From the NCBI GenBank assembly GCA_015520895.1, contig WAPH01000016.1, positions 1 through 32,889 of the forward strand: a stretch of DNA of 32,889 bases, written 5' to 3'. The notes under the pieces are model-generated. The model saw nothing but the letters and a program-made list of their open reading frames with translations, was not told where the DNA came from and did no database searches. Positions 1 to 8,868 of this stretch are shown here, in pieces. The stretch's first letter is position 1. Every line of letters starts with the position of its first letter. This DNA comes from Nanobdellati archaeon. GTDB taxonomy: Archaea; EX4484-52; JAADEF01. Both the position numbers and the translations under genes were made by a program.

Positions 1-31
1 GTTATTGTTACTTTAATGTTTATAATACTTA

Positions 32-52
32 TTCCAAAAGAAATTAAGGGGT
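32..52 (+). other. ORB-like origin recognition box 1
   Basis: TTCCAAAAGAAATTAAGGGGT matches the archaeal ORB pattern TTCCAnnnGAAAnnAAGGGGT including the G-string; lies just upstream of orc1/cdc6. Confidence 0.7.
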
Positions 53-64
53 CTCTCTTTGTTA

Positions 65-86
65 CTACCTTTACTTCCTATGGAAA
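65..86 (-). other. ORB-like box 2 (inverted)
   Basis: Minus strand TTTCCATAGGAAGTAAAGGTAG: TTCC...GGAA dyad core with a weak G-string, abutting the cdc6 TATA box. Confidence 0.55.
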
Positions 87-96
87 AGAATTTAAA
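84..96 (+). promoter_or_regulatory. BRE/TATA promoter of cdc6 (probably leaderless mRNA)
   Basis: Purine-rich AAAAGAA then TTTAAA at 91-96, 29 nt before ATG 120; no SD motif. Confidence 0.5.
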
Positions 97-119
97 GTTT
101 ATTAATAATTATCATCTCT

Positions 120-1340
120 ATGATTGTGCAAAAAACCATTCATGATATTTTCAAGGATGCTATAAATTCAAAACCAATATTTAAAGACAAATCTGTTTTA
201 ACTATTAACTTTACTCCTCAAAATATTATGCATCGTGACTCTTTTATTTATACTTTGTCAAAGATATTGGCTGTTTCTTTAAAAGGCGATAAGCCATCTA
301 ATGTTTTTATATATGGACCTACAGGTACGGGTAAAACCTTAGTCACAACTTTTGTTTTAAAAGAATTAAAAAAAGCTGCCGACGATAACGGTAGTAATTT
401 GACTTATGTTTATGTTAATTCTAATCTTAAAAGAGTTGCTGATACAGAGTATCGCTTACTTTCTTATATAGCTAATGAATTAGGTGAAAGTATTCCTTTT
501 ACGGGTTTACCTACTGATGTTGTATATGACAGGTTTTTTAAAAAACTTAAAGAAATTGGTGGTGTTGTTATTTTAGCTATTGATGAAATTGATATTTTAG
601 TTGAAAAAATAGGCGATAGGTTTCTTTATACATTAACAAGAATAAATCAGGAGCTAGAAGGGGTTGTTGTTTCTTTAATAGGTATATCAAATAATCTTAG
701 TTTTACAGAGCATTTAGATGCCAGGGTTAAATCTTCTTTATCAGAAGAAGAGATCTGGTTTACACCTTATAATGCTTTACAGCTTCGCGATATTTTGAAT
801 GAAAGAGCAAAATTGGCCTTTAATGAAGGAAAGATAAACGAAGCTGTTATTAATAAATGTGCTGCTTTGGCTGCTCAAGAACATGGAGATGCTAGGAAGG
901 CACTAGATCTTTTAAGGGTTGCCGGCGAGATAGCAGAGAGATTAAATGCAGAGAAAGTGTTAGAGGAGCACGTGGATATGGCTGAGAAAAAGATAGATTA
1001 TGATAGAATATTTGAAGCTGTGAAAACGTTGCCTAAGCACTCTAATTTTGTGCTTTATGCTATTATTGAGTTATTAAAAGAAAACGATAATTCTAAAGTT
1101 TTAACAGGAGATGTTTATAATACTTATAGCGATATTTGCAAACGCAATAAAATAAAACCACTAACTCAACGCCGTGTATCAGATATTATCTCAGAATTAG
1201 ATGTTTTAGGTATAATTAACGCGAAAGTTATTAGCCACGGAAGGTATGGAAGAACAAGAGAAATAACTTTTAGCAACTCTTTAGACACTTATCTAAAGAT
1301 AAAAGATTTTATTAAAAAGGAGTGGTTGTTCAATGATTAA
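120..1340 (+). CDS. cdc6: Orc1/Cdc6 replication initiator
   Basis: Walker A GPTGTGKT, Walker B DEID, GDARKALDLL sensor region, C-terminal winged helix ending GRYGRTR. Confidence 0.97.
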   Translation: MIVQKTIHDIFKDAINSKPIFKDKSVLTINFTPQNIMHRDSFIYTLSKILAVSLKGDKPSNVFIYGPTGTGKTLVTTFVLKELKKAADDNGSNLTYVYVNSNLKRVADTEYRLLSYIANELGESIPFTGLPTDVVYDRFFKKLKEIGGVVILAIDEIDILVEKIGDRFLYTLTRINQELEGVVVSLIGISNNLSFTEHLDARVKSSLSEEEIWFTPYNALQLRDILNERAKLAFNEGKINEAVINKCAALAAQEHGDARKALDLLRVAGEIAERLNAEKVLEEHVDMAEKKIDYDRIFEAVKTLPKHSNFVLYAIIELLKENDNSKVLTGDVYNTYSDICKRNKIKPLTQRRVSDIISELDVLGIINAKVISHGRYGRTREITFSNSLDTYLKIKDFIKKEWLFND

Positions 1341-1884
1341 GGCTGTGTTTCTCGAAAGCAAGGTTGTTGTGTGGGATGAAAAGGAGGGAGAAAAACTATA
1401 CCAAAATAAATATTTTGGGAAATGGATAGAAGAAGAAGGAAAAACTAAGTATTTACAATTATCTTTGCCTGAGGCCATGTATTTAGCAGAAAGAGAGATT
1501 ATAGAGGTATGGAAAGGAAATAAGAAGCTAAGCATTAAAGAATTTTATGATATGTGTTGTGAAGTTGATAAAGAGTTTCCTCAAAAATTTACTGTTTTTA
1601 GAGATTTGCGTAACCGAGGTTATATTGTAAAATCTGGATTTAAGTTTGGTACTCATTTTAGAGTATATGAGAAAGGCGTTAATCCTTATAAAAAAGGAGA
1701 AAAAACAAAAAAAGAGCATACTAAATATAATGTACATGCGGTTCCTGAAAATCATATGCTTAGCTATCATGAATGGTCTCGATATGTAAGGTTAAGTCAT
1801 ACTATCCGTGCTCAGGCGTTGCTTGCTGTTGTTGATGAAGAAGGTGATGTAACTTATTACACTATTAATAGAGTCAAACCTTAA
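1333..1884 (+). CDS. endA: tRNA-splicing endonuclease (single alpha-type unit)
   Basis: LQLSLPEAMYL, RDLRNRGYIVKSGFKFGTHFRVY, EH, VDEEGDVTYY motifs; 183 aa. Confidence 0.93.
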   Translation: MIKAVFLESKVVVWDEKEGEKLYQNKYFGKWIEEEGKTKYLQLSLPEAMYLAEREIIEVWKGNKKLSIKEFYDMCCEVDKEFPQKFTVFRDLRNRGYIVKSGFKFGTHFRVYEKGVNPYKKGEKTKKEHTKYNVHAVPENHMLSYHEWSRYVRLSHTIRAQALLAVVDEEGDVTYYTINRVKP

Positions 1885-2087
1885 CCACCAGAAACTATTT
1901 TTATAACTTGTAATGTATCTTTGTCATTTACTTCTTCATCATCAGGTATTATTTTTCCATCTTTACTTACTAAATATTCTTCAGGATTATAACCTGCTTC
2001 AATAAGAACATCTCTTACCTTTTTTATACCTTCTTTTATCTTTACTTCTTTTATTTTGTTGTTGTTTTTCTCTTTTATAATAACCAT
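1881..2087 (-). CDS. ThiS/MoaD/SAMP ubiquitin-like sulfur carrier
   Basis: 68 aa beta-grasp-like sequence ending in VSGG diglycine. Confidence 0.88.
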   Translation of the reverse strand: MVIIKEKNNNKIKEVKIKEGIKKVRDVLIEAGYNPEEYLVSKDGKIIPDDEEVNDKDTLQVIKIVSGG

Positions 2088-2153
2088 AATTTAAAATATT
2101 ATTAAAGTATTATTTAAAAATCTTTATATTCTTGTTTAACCTTAACATTTATT

Positions 2154-2690
2154 ATGAGAACTTTACTTTACAGAAGTTATTTAATGCCTAACCAAGAATG
2201 GATTGTTTTTACTATTAAAGGCACAAATTTATGGAAATTTGTATTAAAAGGACTCGATAATTTAGCAAAAGCAGTATTCGAAATTTCAGGAAGTAAAATT
2301 TATAAATTATATTTGATGATAGACGATACAGAAACAGCTAAAACAGGTAATGTTTCTTATAGATATTATGTAAAGTATAAAAAAACATGGGATGATTATA
2401 GCAGATTTTGGACTTATGTAAAAACAAATGGTTGGCAGAATATTAAAACTAAAGAGTCTGAGGTAACTTTTAAAATATCTCCTTATTTGGAAACAAAATT
2501 TGAATATGCTAATACTATCCATAGGAGTCTTTTATGGGCTTATCATTATATGTGGTATAATAATCGTGTATTAGACTTATTAGAGTTAAGTAAAGAACTT
2601 AACAGGAGATTCATTGAAGAAATAAAAGCTAAATTAGGTGCAAGCAAGTTTGATAAAGGTTTATTGGATGCATGGAGGATGGGAGAATGA
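2154..2690 (+). CDS. hypothetical protein (Trp/Tyr-rich)
   Basis: 178-aa ORF; TTTATA box about 30 nt upstream; ATGA overlap with pcc1. Confidence 0.8.
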   Translation: MRTLLYRSYLMPNQEWIVFTIKGTNLWKFVLKGLDNLAKAVFEISGSKIYKLYLMIDDTETAKTGNVSYRYYVKYKKTWDDYSRFWTYVKTNGWQNIKTKESEVTFKISPYLETKFEYANTIHRSLLWAYHYMWYNNRVLDLLELSKELNRRFIEEIKAKLGASKFDKGLLDAWRMGE

Positions 2691-2917
2691 AATACTCTTT
2701 AATATTAACTTTTAAATGTTATGATCCTTTATTAATTTCAAATATGTTAAAAAGACTTGATATAAAAATAAAAGACAGAGTTTTTTATGATGTAGAAAAC
2801 TCTCAAGAAGAAGTTATTATTTCTTTAAAGGCTAAAGATGTAACTGCTTTAAGAACTGCTATTAATGCAATCTTACGTAATTTAAAGGTTGCCGAAGATG
2901 CTATGGCGATAAAATGA
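2687..2917 (+). CDS. pcc1: KEOPS complex subunit Pcc1
   Basis: AKDVTALRTAINAILRNLKVAE motif; ATG 2687 preferred (GGAGG/GGGAG upstream, ATGA overlap). Confidence 0.85.
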   Translation: MKYSLILTFKCYDPLLISNMLKRLDIKIKDRVFYDVENSQEEVIISLKAKDVTALRTAINAILRNLKVAEDAMAIK

Positions 2918-3192
2918 TTATAGAAAAAGAAAAAGGTTGTTTAGTTGAAGTAAAGGTTAAACCTAATCAGAATGCTTTTAAGATATATGAAAGAAATGGA
3001 AGAGTGATAATAGAGGTAAAAAGTAAAGCCGAACATGGAAGAGCAAACGAGGAACTGTGTAGAAAGTTGGAAAAACTATTTAAAAATAAGGTTATTATTA
3101 TTAAAGGTAAGAAACTCAGTCGTAAGACTTTATTCATCGAAAATATCACTCAGGATGAGTTTCACAGGTTGCTTAGAGATCATGATTATTAA
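2914..3192 (+). CDS. DUF167/YggU family protein
   Basis: VKVKPN, AEHGRANEEL, IIKGKKLSRKTL motifs. Confidence 0.85.
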   Translation: MIIEKEKGCLVEVKVKPNQNAFKIYERNGRVIIEVKSKAEHGRANEELCRKLEKLFKNKVIIIKGKKLSRKTLFIENITQDEFHRLLRDHDY

Positions 3193-3224
3193 TTCATCAT
3201 TTCACTATCTTCTCTAAGCAACCT
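3166..3224. repeat. perfect 14-bp inverted repeat upstream of dnaG
   Basis: AGGTTGCTTAGAGA (3166-3179) / TCTCTAAGCAACCT (3211-3224). Confidence 0.9.
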
Positions 3225-3249
3225 ATCGTTTGAATAGGAGGTGATTTTA

Positions 3250-4452
3250 ATGGCAAAATTAGCACAAACATCTATTAAATATGTGGTTAGAGCTAAGTTT
3301 TATGCGAATGGTGTTGTTGAAAAACCAGACATTATTGGAGCTTTATTCGGTCAAACTGAAGGCTTGTTAGGTCCTGATTTAGATTTAAGAGAATTGCAAC
3401 GCACTGGTAAAATAGGAAGAATAGATGTTGTTAATATTAAAGTAGAAAAAGGAAAAACAACAGGAGAAATAATAATTCCTTCAAGTTTAGGAAGTACAGA
3501 ATCTGCATTAATAGCTGCTGCTATTGAGACTATAGAAAGAATAGGCCCGTGTGATGCTGAAATTAAAGTTGAGGCATTGGAAGACTTAAGAACTATAAAA
3601 CGTAAGTATATTACCGAGAGAGCTAAAGATTTATTAGCCTCTTTATTATCTCAAGTACCTGATTTAAATGTTTTAACTGAGGAGATCTTACAGGCAGTAC
3701 GAGCAGGAGAAATTACAGAGTATAAAGGCATGCCGGCAGGTCCTGATGTTGCTACCTCTGAAGAAGTGATATTTGTTGAAGGAAGAGCAGATGTTATTAA
3801 TTTGTTAAAACATGGGGTTAAGAACGCTATTGCTATTGGCGGTACTTCTATAAATGATGAAGTAGTTAACTTGTCTAAGGAGAAAATAGTAACTGTGTTT
3901 TTAGATGGGGATCGTGGAGGAGATTTGATTTTGAAGGAATTGCAGGATATGGGTGCGGAAATAGATTACATAGCAAGAGCTCCTCCAGGTAAAGAAGTTG
4001 AAGAGCTGACAAAGAAAGAAGTGTTTAAAGCTTTACGTGATAGGTTGCCTGTCAATAAAAAACAAATACCTGTTATGGAAGCTAAGGAAGAAAAAACACA
4101 AAAGAAACAAGAACCTAAAAAACAACAAAACGGGTCTATTATAAAAACTAAAACTTCTGGAAAAGGAGAGTTGCCAGAAGAGGTTAAGAATTTAGTAAAT
4201 GAGCAACTTGAGGAGATACTTGGCACAAGAGCGTCTGCTATTTTCGATGAAAACCTTCAGTTATTAGGAAGGGTTCCTGTAAAGGAACTTGCTAATGCTT
4301 TAAAGCAAGTTGAAAAGGCCTATGTTGTTGTTACTGATGGAGAGGTAACATCTGCATTGTTAAAAGTTGCCGAGTCAAAGGGAGTTAAAGTGGTTGCCTC
4401 AACCAAGAAAATTCCTTTAAAGTCTCGTAAAATAACTTTGATTCAGGGGTGA
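3250..4452 (+). CDS. dnaG: archaeal DnaG (TOPRIM, exosome-associated)
   Basis: VEKPDIIGALFGQTEGLLG, VEGRADV, DGDRGG motifs; SD GGAGGTGA favours ATG 3250. Confidence 0.96.
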   Translation: MAKLAQTSIKYVVRAKFYANGVVEKPDIIGALFGQTEGLLGPDLDLRELQRTGKIGRIDVVNIKVEKGKTTGEIIIPSSLGSTESALIAAAIETIERIGPCDAEIKVEALEDLRTIKRKYITERAKDLLASLLSQVPDLNVLTEEILQAVRAGEITEYKGMPAGPDVATSEEVIFVEGRADVINLLKHGVKNAIAIGGTSINDEVVNLSKEKIVTVFLDGDRGGDLILKELQDMGAEIDYIARAPPGKEVEELTKKEVFKALRDRLPVNKKQIPVMEAKEEKTQKKQEPKKQQNGSIIKTKTSGKGELPEEVKNLVNEQLEEILGTRASAIFDENLQLLGRVPVKELANALKQVEKAYVVVTDGEVTSALLKVAESKGVKVVASTKKIPLKSRKITLIQG

Positions 4453-4456
4453 GAGA

Positions 4457-4795
4457 ATGAGTAAAAACTTAGATGAGTTAAACCAACAGTATGCTAACCT
4501 TTACCAACAATGGCAACTTGTTGTAATGCAAAAAGAACAATTTGTCATGCAACTTAACGAGGTGGAGAACGCGTTAAACGAAATAAGCAAAGCAAAGGAA
4601 GAGGACGATATTTATAAAATTGCTGGTACAATTATGATTAAAAAAGATAAAAGGGAGGTTGAAAAGGAACTTAAAGAGTTAAAGGAAACTTTAGAGTTAC
4701 GAGTAAAAACATTAGAAAAACAAGAAAAGAACTTGAGAGAAAAACTTGCAGAGATGCAGAAAAAAATAGTAAAAGTTCAAGGAGGTGCGGGATAA
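4457..4795 (+). CDS. pfdB: prefoldin beta subunit
   Basis: Coiled coil with central IYKIAGTIMIK hairpin and LELRVKTLEKQE. Confidence 0.93.
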   Translation: MSKNLDELNQQYANLYQQWQLVVMQKEQFVMQLNEVENALNEISKAKEEDDIYKIAGTIMIKKDKREVEKELKELKETLELRVKTLEKQEKNLREKLAEMQKKIVKVQGGAG

Positions 4796-4899
4796 CTTTG
4801 CTATAATCTTAACAACTACTTTTACAATTATATTTTATAAACTTTTTTATTAATTATATATAATTATTAATTAATGATAAAGAACGTAAGGAGATAAAA

Positions 4900-5094
4900 A
4901 TGCGTGAGAGGTATAAAGCTCTGGAAGAAAGATATAAAAGTTTAAGAAGAAAAATAGAGGAAAATACGGATATTAAAATATATAAAGAAGGAGTTCCTTT
5001 ACCTCAAAATTACATTGAAATAGGATCTTTATTCGATATTGTAACTGGTGAAAAATACATACTTGCGGTTAAAAATGATTATAAAGAGAAGTAA
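4900..5094 (+). CDS. small hypothetical protein
   Basis: 64-aa ORF with AAGGAG SD; fills an otherwise empty gap. Confidence 0.6.
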   Translation: MRERYKALEERYKSLRRKIEENTDIKIYKEGVPLPQNYIEIGSLFDIVTGEKYILAVKNDYKEK

Positions 5095-5143
5095 TTCTTA
5101 ACTTTATTAAATACATAACTTCTATTTTAATATTTAAGGTGTT

Positions 5144-6184
5144 ATGATGAAAAAAGCTTATTTATATAATAAAGATTCTCAAAGTATTAAATGTTTAGCA
5201 TGTAAACATTATTGTATAATAAAAGAAGGGAAAACCGGAATTTGTCATGTAAGAGCCAATATGGATAATGACCTTTTTCTTCTAACCCACGGGTTAATAG
5301 CAGCAGAACACCTTGATCCTATAGAGAAAAAACCTTTTTATCATTTTTTACCATCTACTACTGCCTACTCTTTAGGTACTTTTGGATGTAACTTTCGTTG
5401 TCTTTTTTGTCAGAACTGGCAACTTAGCCAAGTAATAAAGAAATTATCTAACTTTGATGCATCTAAAGCATTAAACTTTTTAAGAACTTATAGTAAAGAA
5501 ATAGATGCAAAAGAAGCTATTAAAAAAGCAATACATTTAGGTGCTAAAACAATCGCTTATACTTATAACGAACCCACTATTTGGGCAGAATTTGTTAAAG
5601 ATATAGCTAAACAAGCAAAAAAACACAAATTAAAAAACGTTATGATATCTAGTGGTTACGAATCTAACGAAACAATAGAATATTTAGAAGAGATTGATGC
5701 TTATAATATTGATCTAAAAGGCTTTACAGACGAATTTTATATAAATGTAGTTGGAGCAAAACTTGAAAATGTTTTAGATACTATTGAAACGTTGCATAAA
5801 AGAGGAAAATGGATCGAAATTACTACATTATTAATTCCGGGAAAAAATGATAATAAGCAAGAGCTTAAAGATCTTACTGCTTTTATTGCAGGTATAAGCG
5901 AAGATATTCCATGGCATGTTAGTAGATTTCATCCCGATTATCTTATGCAGGATGTGGAACCTACACCTATATCTACTTTAGAGAGAGCAATAAGTATTGG
6001 GGAAGAAGCAGGCCTGAATTATGTGTATATTGGAAATGTTGTAGGTCATGAAAAGGAACATACTTATTGCCCTTGTTGCCAGAATGTAGTAATCAAAAGG
6101 CAAGGCTATTTAGTTGAAAATTATTTAGACGAGAAAGGCAAATGTCCTTATTGTTCTTGTAAGTTGGCGGGTGTGTGGGAATAA
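5144..6184 (+). CDS. amrS: AmmeMemoRadiSam-system radical SAM enzyme (PFL-activase-like)
   Basis: N-terminal CLACKHYC...GICHVR, DPIEKKPFYHF, CNFRCLFCQNW (CxxxCxxC), YTYNEP, C-terminal CPCC/CPYC. Confidence 0.92.
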   Translation: MMKKAYLYNKDSQSIKCLACKHYCIIKEGKTGICHVRANMDNDLFLLTHGLIAAEHLDPIEKKPFYHFLPSTTAYSLGTFGCNFRCLFCQNWQLSQVIKKLSNFDASKALNFLRTYSKEIDAKEAIKKAIHLGAKTIAYTYNEPTIWAEFVKDIAKQAKKHKLKNVMISSGYESNETIEYLEEIDAYNIDLKGFTDEFYINVVGAKLENVLDTIETLHKRGKWIEITTLLIPGKNDNKQELKDLTAFIAGISEDIPWHVSRFHPDYLMQDVEPTPISTLERAISIGEEAGLNYVYIGNVVGHEKEHTYCPCCQNVVIKRQGYLVENYLDEKGKCPYCSCKLAGVWE

Positions 6185-7512
6185 AGTTTATCTTTAATCA
6201 TATTCATTTCTTTTTCCACTTCTCTTATAAGGTTGTGAGTTTCTCTTCTCAATATATATATTGCTATACCTATGCTCATCCATGTAATAGCTAAGAACAA
6301 CGTTTTAACATCAACAAATACAGCATTATACATAATAAGAGAGGATATGAGAAAGGCAATTAATATAATAACTATGTCGTATTTAAATCTTAAAGAACTT
6401 CTAGCATATAAATGCTTTCTTTTGAACTTTAAGGATAAAGCTGCTAAACTCATAAGCATGTAAGTTATAGAAGTAGTAAAAGCCGCTAAAGTGGCCAAAC
6501 TAATTAGTGGTAAGTTAAGTAAATAAATGGTTGCCAACATTAAGCCTATGAAGGTTATAGAAAACCAAGGAAGTGTTTTGCTTTTATCTAATGAAGCGAA
6601 TATTTCCGGCAATACTTTATCTTTTCCCCAAGCATAAAAGAATCGTGAAGTAGCATAAATACCTAAAGGTATTTTTATCATGAGTAAAATTAATAATCCG
6701 TTAATAAGGAAATTAGCTATGTCAGAAGGTATTAAATTAAATAGTTCTTTAGAACGAGATATTTCATTTAAGGGAAAAGAACCATATATTAAGGTTGCGA
6801 AGATCATATATATAAAAAAAATAGTAGTTAATGCTAAGAATATAGCAAGCGGTATGTTTCTTTCAGGATTCTTTATTTCACCACCTACGTATGTTACAAC
6901 TTCAAAACCTTGATACATAGAGAATAAAACAGTAGCAACTAATAAAATCTCCTTCCAAGAAACTGGACGTAAGTTACTTATGAGTGTGTTCGTATCAAAG
7001 TTATATAGCATAAAAATCATAGATGATAAAAAGAAAAGGAGTGTTATAAAAAAGGTAGCACTTTGAAGTTTAACTAATAAACGCGTATTAGCCATGAGGA
7101 TTAGCAAAAAAATCATGATGAGAACCAAACCCACCTCGAATGATTGTATGTGCTCTGGCAACCAATCAAATTTATTTATTATTATTTTGGAAAGTACTCT
7201 TAAATAAAAAGATGCACGAGCAATAAGATTAAAAGTAATTGCCCAACCTAATACAAATCCTATAAAAGGATGTATCATTCTACTTATAAACGCATATTCT
7301 CCAGCTGATTTGCTATATGCTGTTCCTAACATTCCATAAATATAACCTATAATCAAATCCATTAAGTAAATTAGAACAAGAGAGAGAAGAACATAAGAAC
7401 CAATAGCATACGTATTTTGGACATCTAATAGTAAATAGAATACTCCTAGTCCTAATATGGAGTTTATAGTAAAAGTAGTGATTTCCATCAAATTAAAATG
7501 CCTCTTAAGCAT
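6148..7512 (-). CDS. APC-family amino acid permease
   Basis: About 12 hydrophobic segments; ILGLGVF, AGEYAF, GFEVVTYVGGEIKNPERNIP motifs. Confidence 0.9.
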   Translation of the reverse strand: MLKRHFNLMEITTFTINSILGLGVFYLLLDVQNTYAIGSYVLLSLVLIYLMDLIIGYIYGMLGTAYSKSAGEYAFISRMIHPFIGFVLGWAITFNLIARASFYLRVLSKIIINKFDWLPEHIQSFEVGLVLIMIFLLILMANTRLLVKLQSATFFITLLFFLSSMIFMLYNFDTNTLISNLRPVSWKEILLVATVLFSMYQGFEVVTYVGGEIKNPERNIPLAIFLALTTIFFIYMIFATLIYGSFPLNEISRSKELFNLIPSDIANFLINGLLILLMIKIPLGIYATSRFFYAWGKDKVLPEIFASLDKSKTLPWFSITFIGLMLATIYLLNLPLISLATLAAFTTSITYMLMSLAALSLKFKRKHLYARSSLRFKYDIVIILIAFLISSLIMYNAVFVDVKTLFLAITWMSIGIAIYILRRETHNLIREVEKEMNMIKDKLYSHTPANLQEQ

Positions 7513-7536
7513 ATATTTTATACTTATTTAACTCCT

Positions 7537-8868
7537 TTATATTATTATGTATTTTCCGAATAACGAAAATAAAAACAAGAACAAAACGAATATGTTAAAT
7601 ATCTTAAAAACAGTTTCGTTCTTAAAAAACTCTTTATACATTAAACCTCCATCAAAAGGATAAAGAGGAAGAAGATTGGCAATACCTATACCTATGTTAA
7701 GCAGAAATATCCATTTAAATAAATCTATGATATAAAGAAGCACAAGTAAGGGAATATAAATAAATAAATTATTTTTAATACTTGATTTGAGGTCATAATT
7801 AGCAATAATATTCCCTATGCCAATAAATCCTTTTGATTTATTTTCTGGATGTTCTGATAATTTCACTTTATACGTATCATTATTAATTGTTAAGATTATT
7901 GTTTCATTGGGCTTTTTATGTGATAAGCATTCTATAAAAAATGTTAGATTATTAATACTGTGATTATCAATAGCAGTGATTGTGCCGTTAGGAGGTAAGG
8001 TATTATAAGCGTAAGTGCTATTAAATACGTATCCGTAAGAGATTCCTTCAAATTCATAGATATTAAGAGTAGATAGCCCATAACTAAGTAGGAAAAACAA
8101 ACCACCAAAAAATAAGGCAGTTAAAAAATTTGAGAAGCTTCCGGCCGCATAAACTCTTAGCTTTTTCAATCTAGAAGCTTTTTTTAATGATCTTTCATCT
8201 GGTTCAGCAAACCCTACGGGTAAAAATGCGAAGACACCATAACCCAAAGATTTAACTTTTATTTTATTCGATAATGCTGCAATTGCATGTGCTAACTCGT
8301 GAACACTCACAATAATTAATAAACTTAATATCCATTTATCAAAAGGCACGGTAAATATAGGAAGGTTATATTTAGCAGGAACTGAGATTGGTAATACTAA
8401 TTGTAATGGTGAGGATGTTACGGCCATATTCTTGACCTTTGCTAATATTAATGCTAAGCTTCCCCCTAATAACAATCCCAAACCGTAACCACTGATACCT
8501 AATATAAAGCTAAGAACATAAACCATTATTATTAGCCCTTTAGGTATTTCTAATCCTTGAAATACACTTTTTAAACCTTCTTCTACCATTCCTGCTTTTA
8601 TAAATAAAACATAAGAAATTAACATATAAAGTAGGTATTGCTTTTTATTTTTCACCTCTTTTAGCGCTAATATGCCTATGCTTAGAACAATGGCAAAATC
8701 TAAAATTGGTTGTAAATATTTTTCATATTTTTTGGAAAGATTCGTAAGTGTTTTAATACCTTTATCTGTTCTCCTTAAAAATGCTATTCCTTCTCTTTTA
8801 AACTTTTTTCTTTCTAATATTAATATTATGGCAATAAAAACTAAGAATATTATCCAATCATAACTCAT
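7537..8868 (-). CDS. site-2 protease (M50) with PDZ-like domain
   Basis: HELAH (HExxH), GFAEPDE, AAGSFSN, NLLPLYPFDGG motifs. Confidence 0.93.
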   Translation of the reverse strand: MSYDWIIFLVFIAIILILERKKFKREGIAFLRRTDKGIKTLTNLSKKYEKYLQPILDFAIVLSIGILALKEVKNKKQYLLYMLISYVLFIKAGMVEEGLKSVFQGLEIPKGLIIMVYVLSFILGISGYGLGLLLGGSLALILAKVKNMAVTSSPLQLVLPISVPAKYNLPIFTVPFDKWILSLLIIVSVHELAHAIAALSNKIKVKSLGYGVFAFLPVGFAEPDERSLKKASRLKKLRVYAAGSFSNFLTALFFGGLFFLLSYGLSTLNIYEFEGISYGYVFNSTYAYNTLPPNGTITAIDNHSINNLTFFIECLSHKKPNETIILTINNDTYKVKLSEHPENKSKGFIGIGNIIANYDLKSSIKNNLFIYIPLLVLLYIIDLFKWIFLLNIGIGIANLLPLYPFDGGLMYKEFFKNETVFKIFNIFVLFLFLFSLFGKYIII

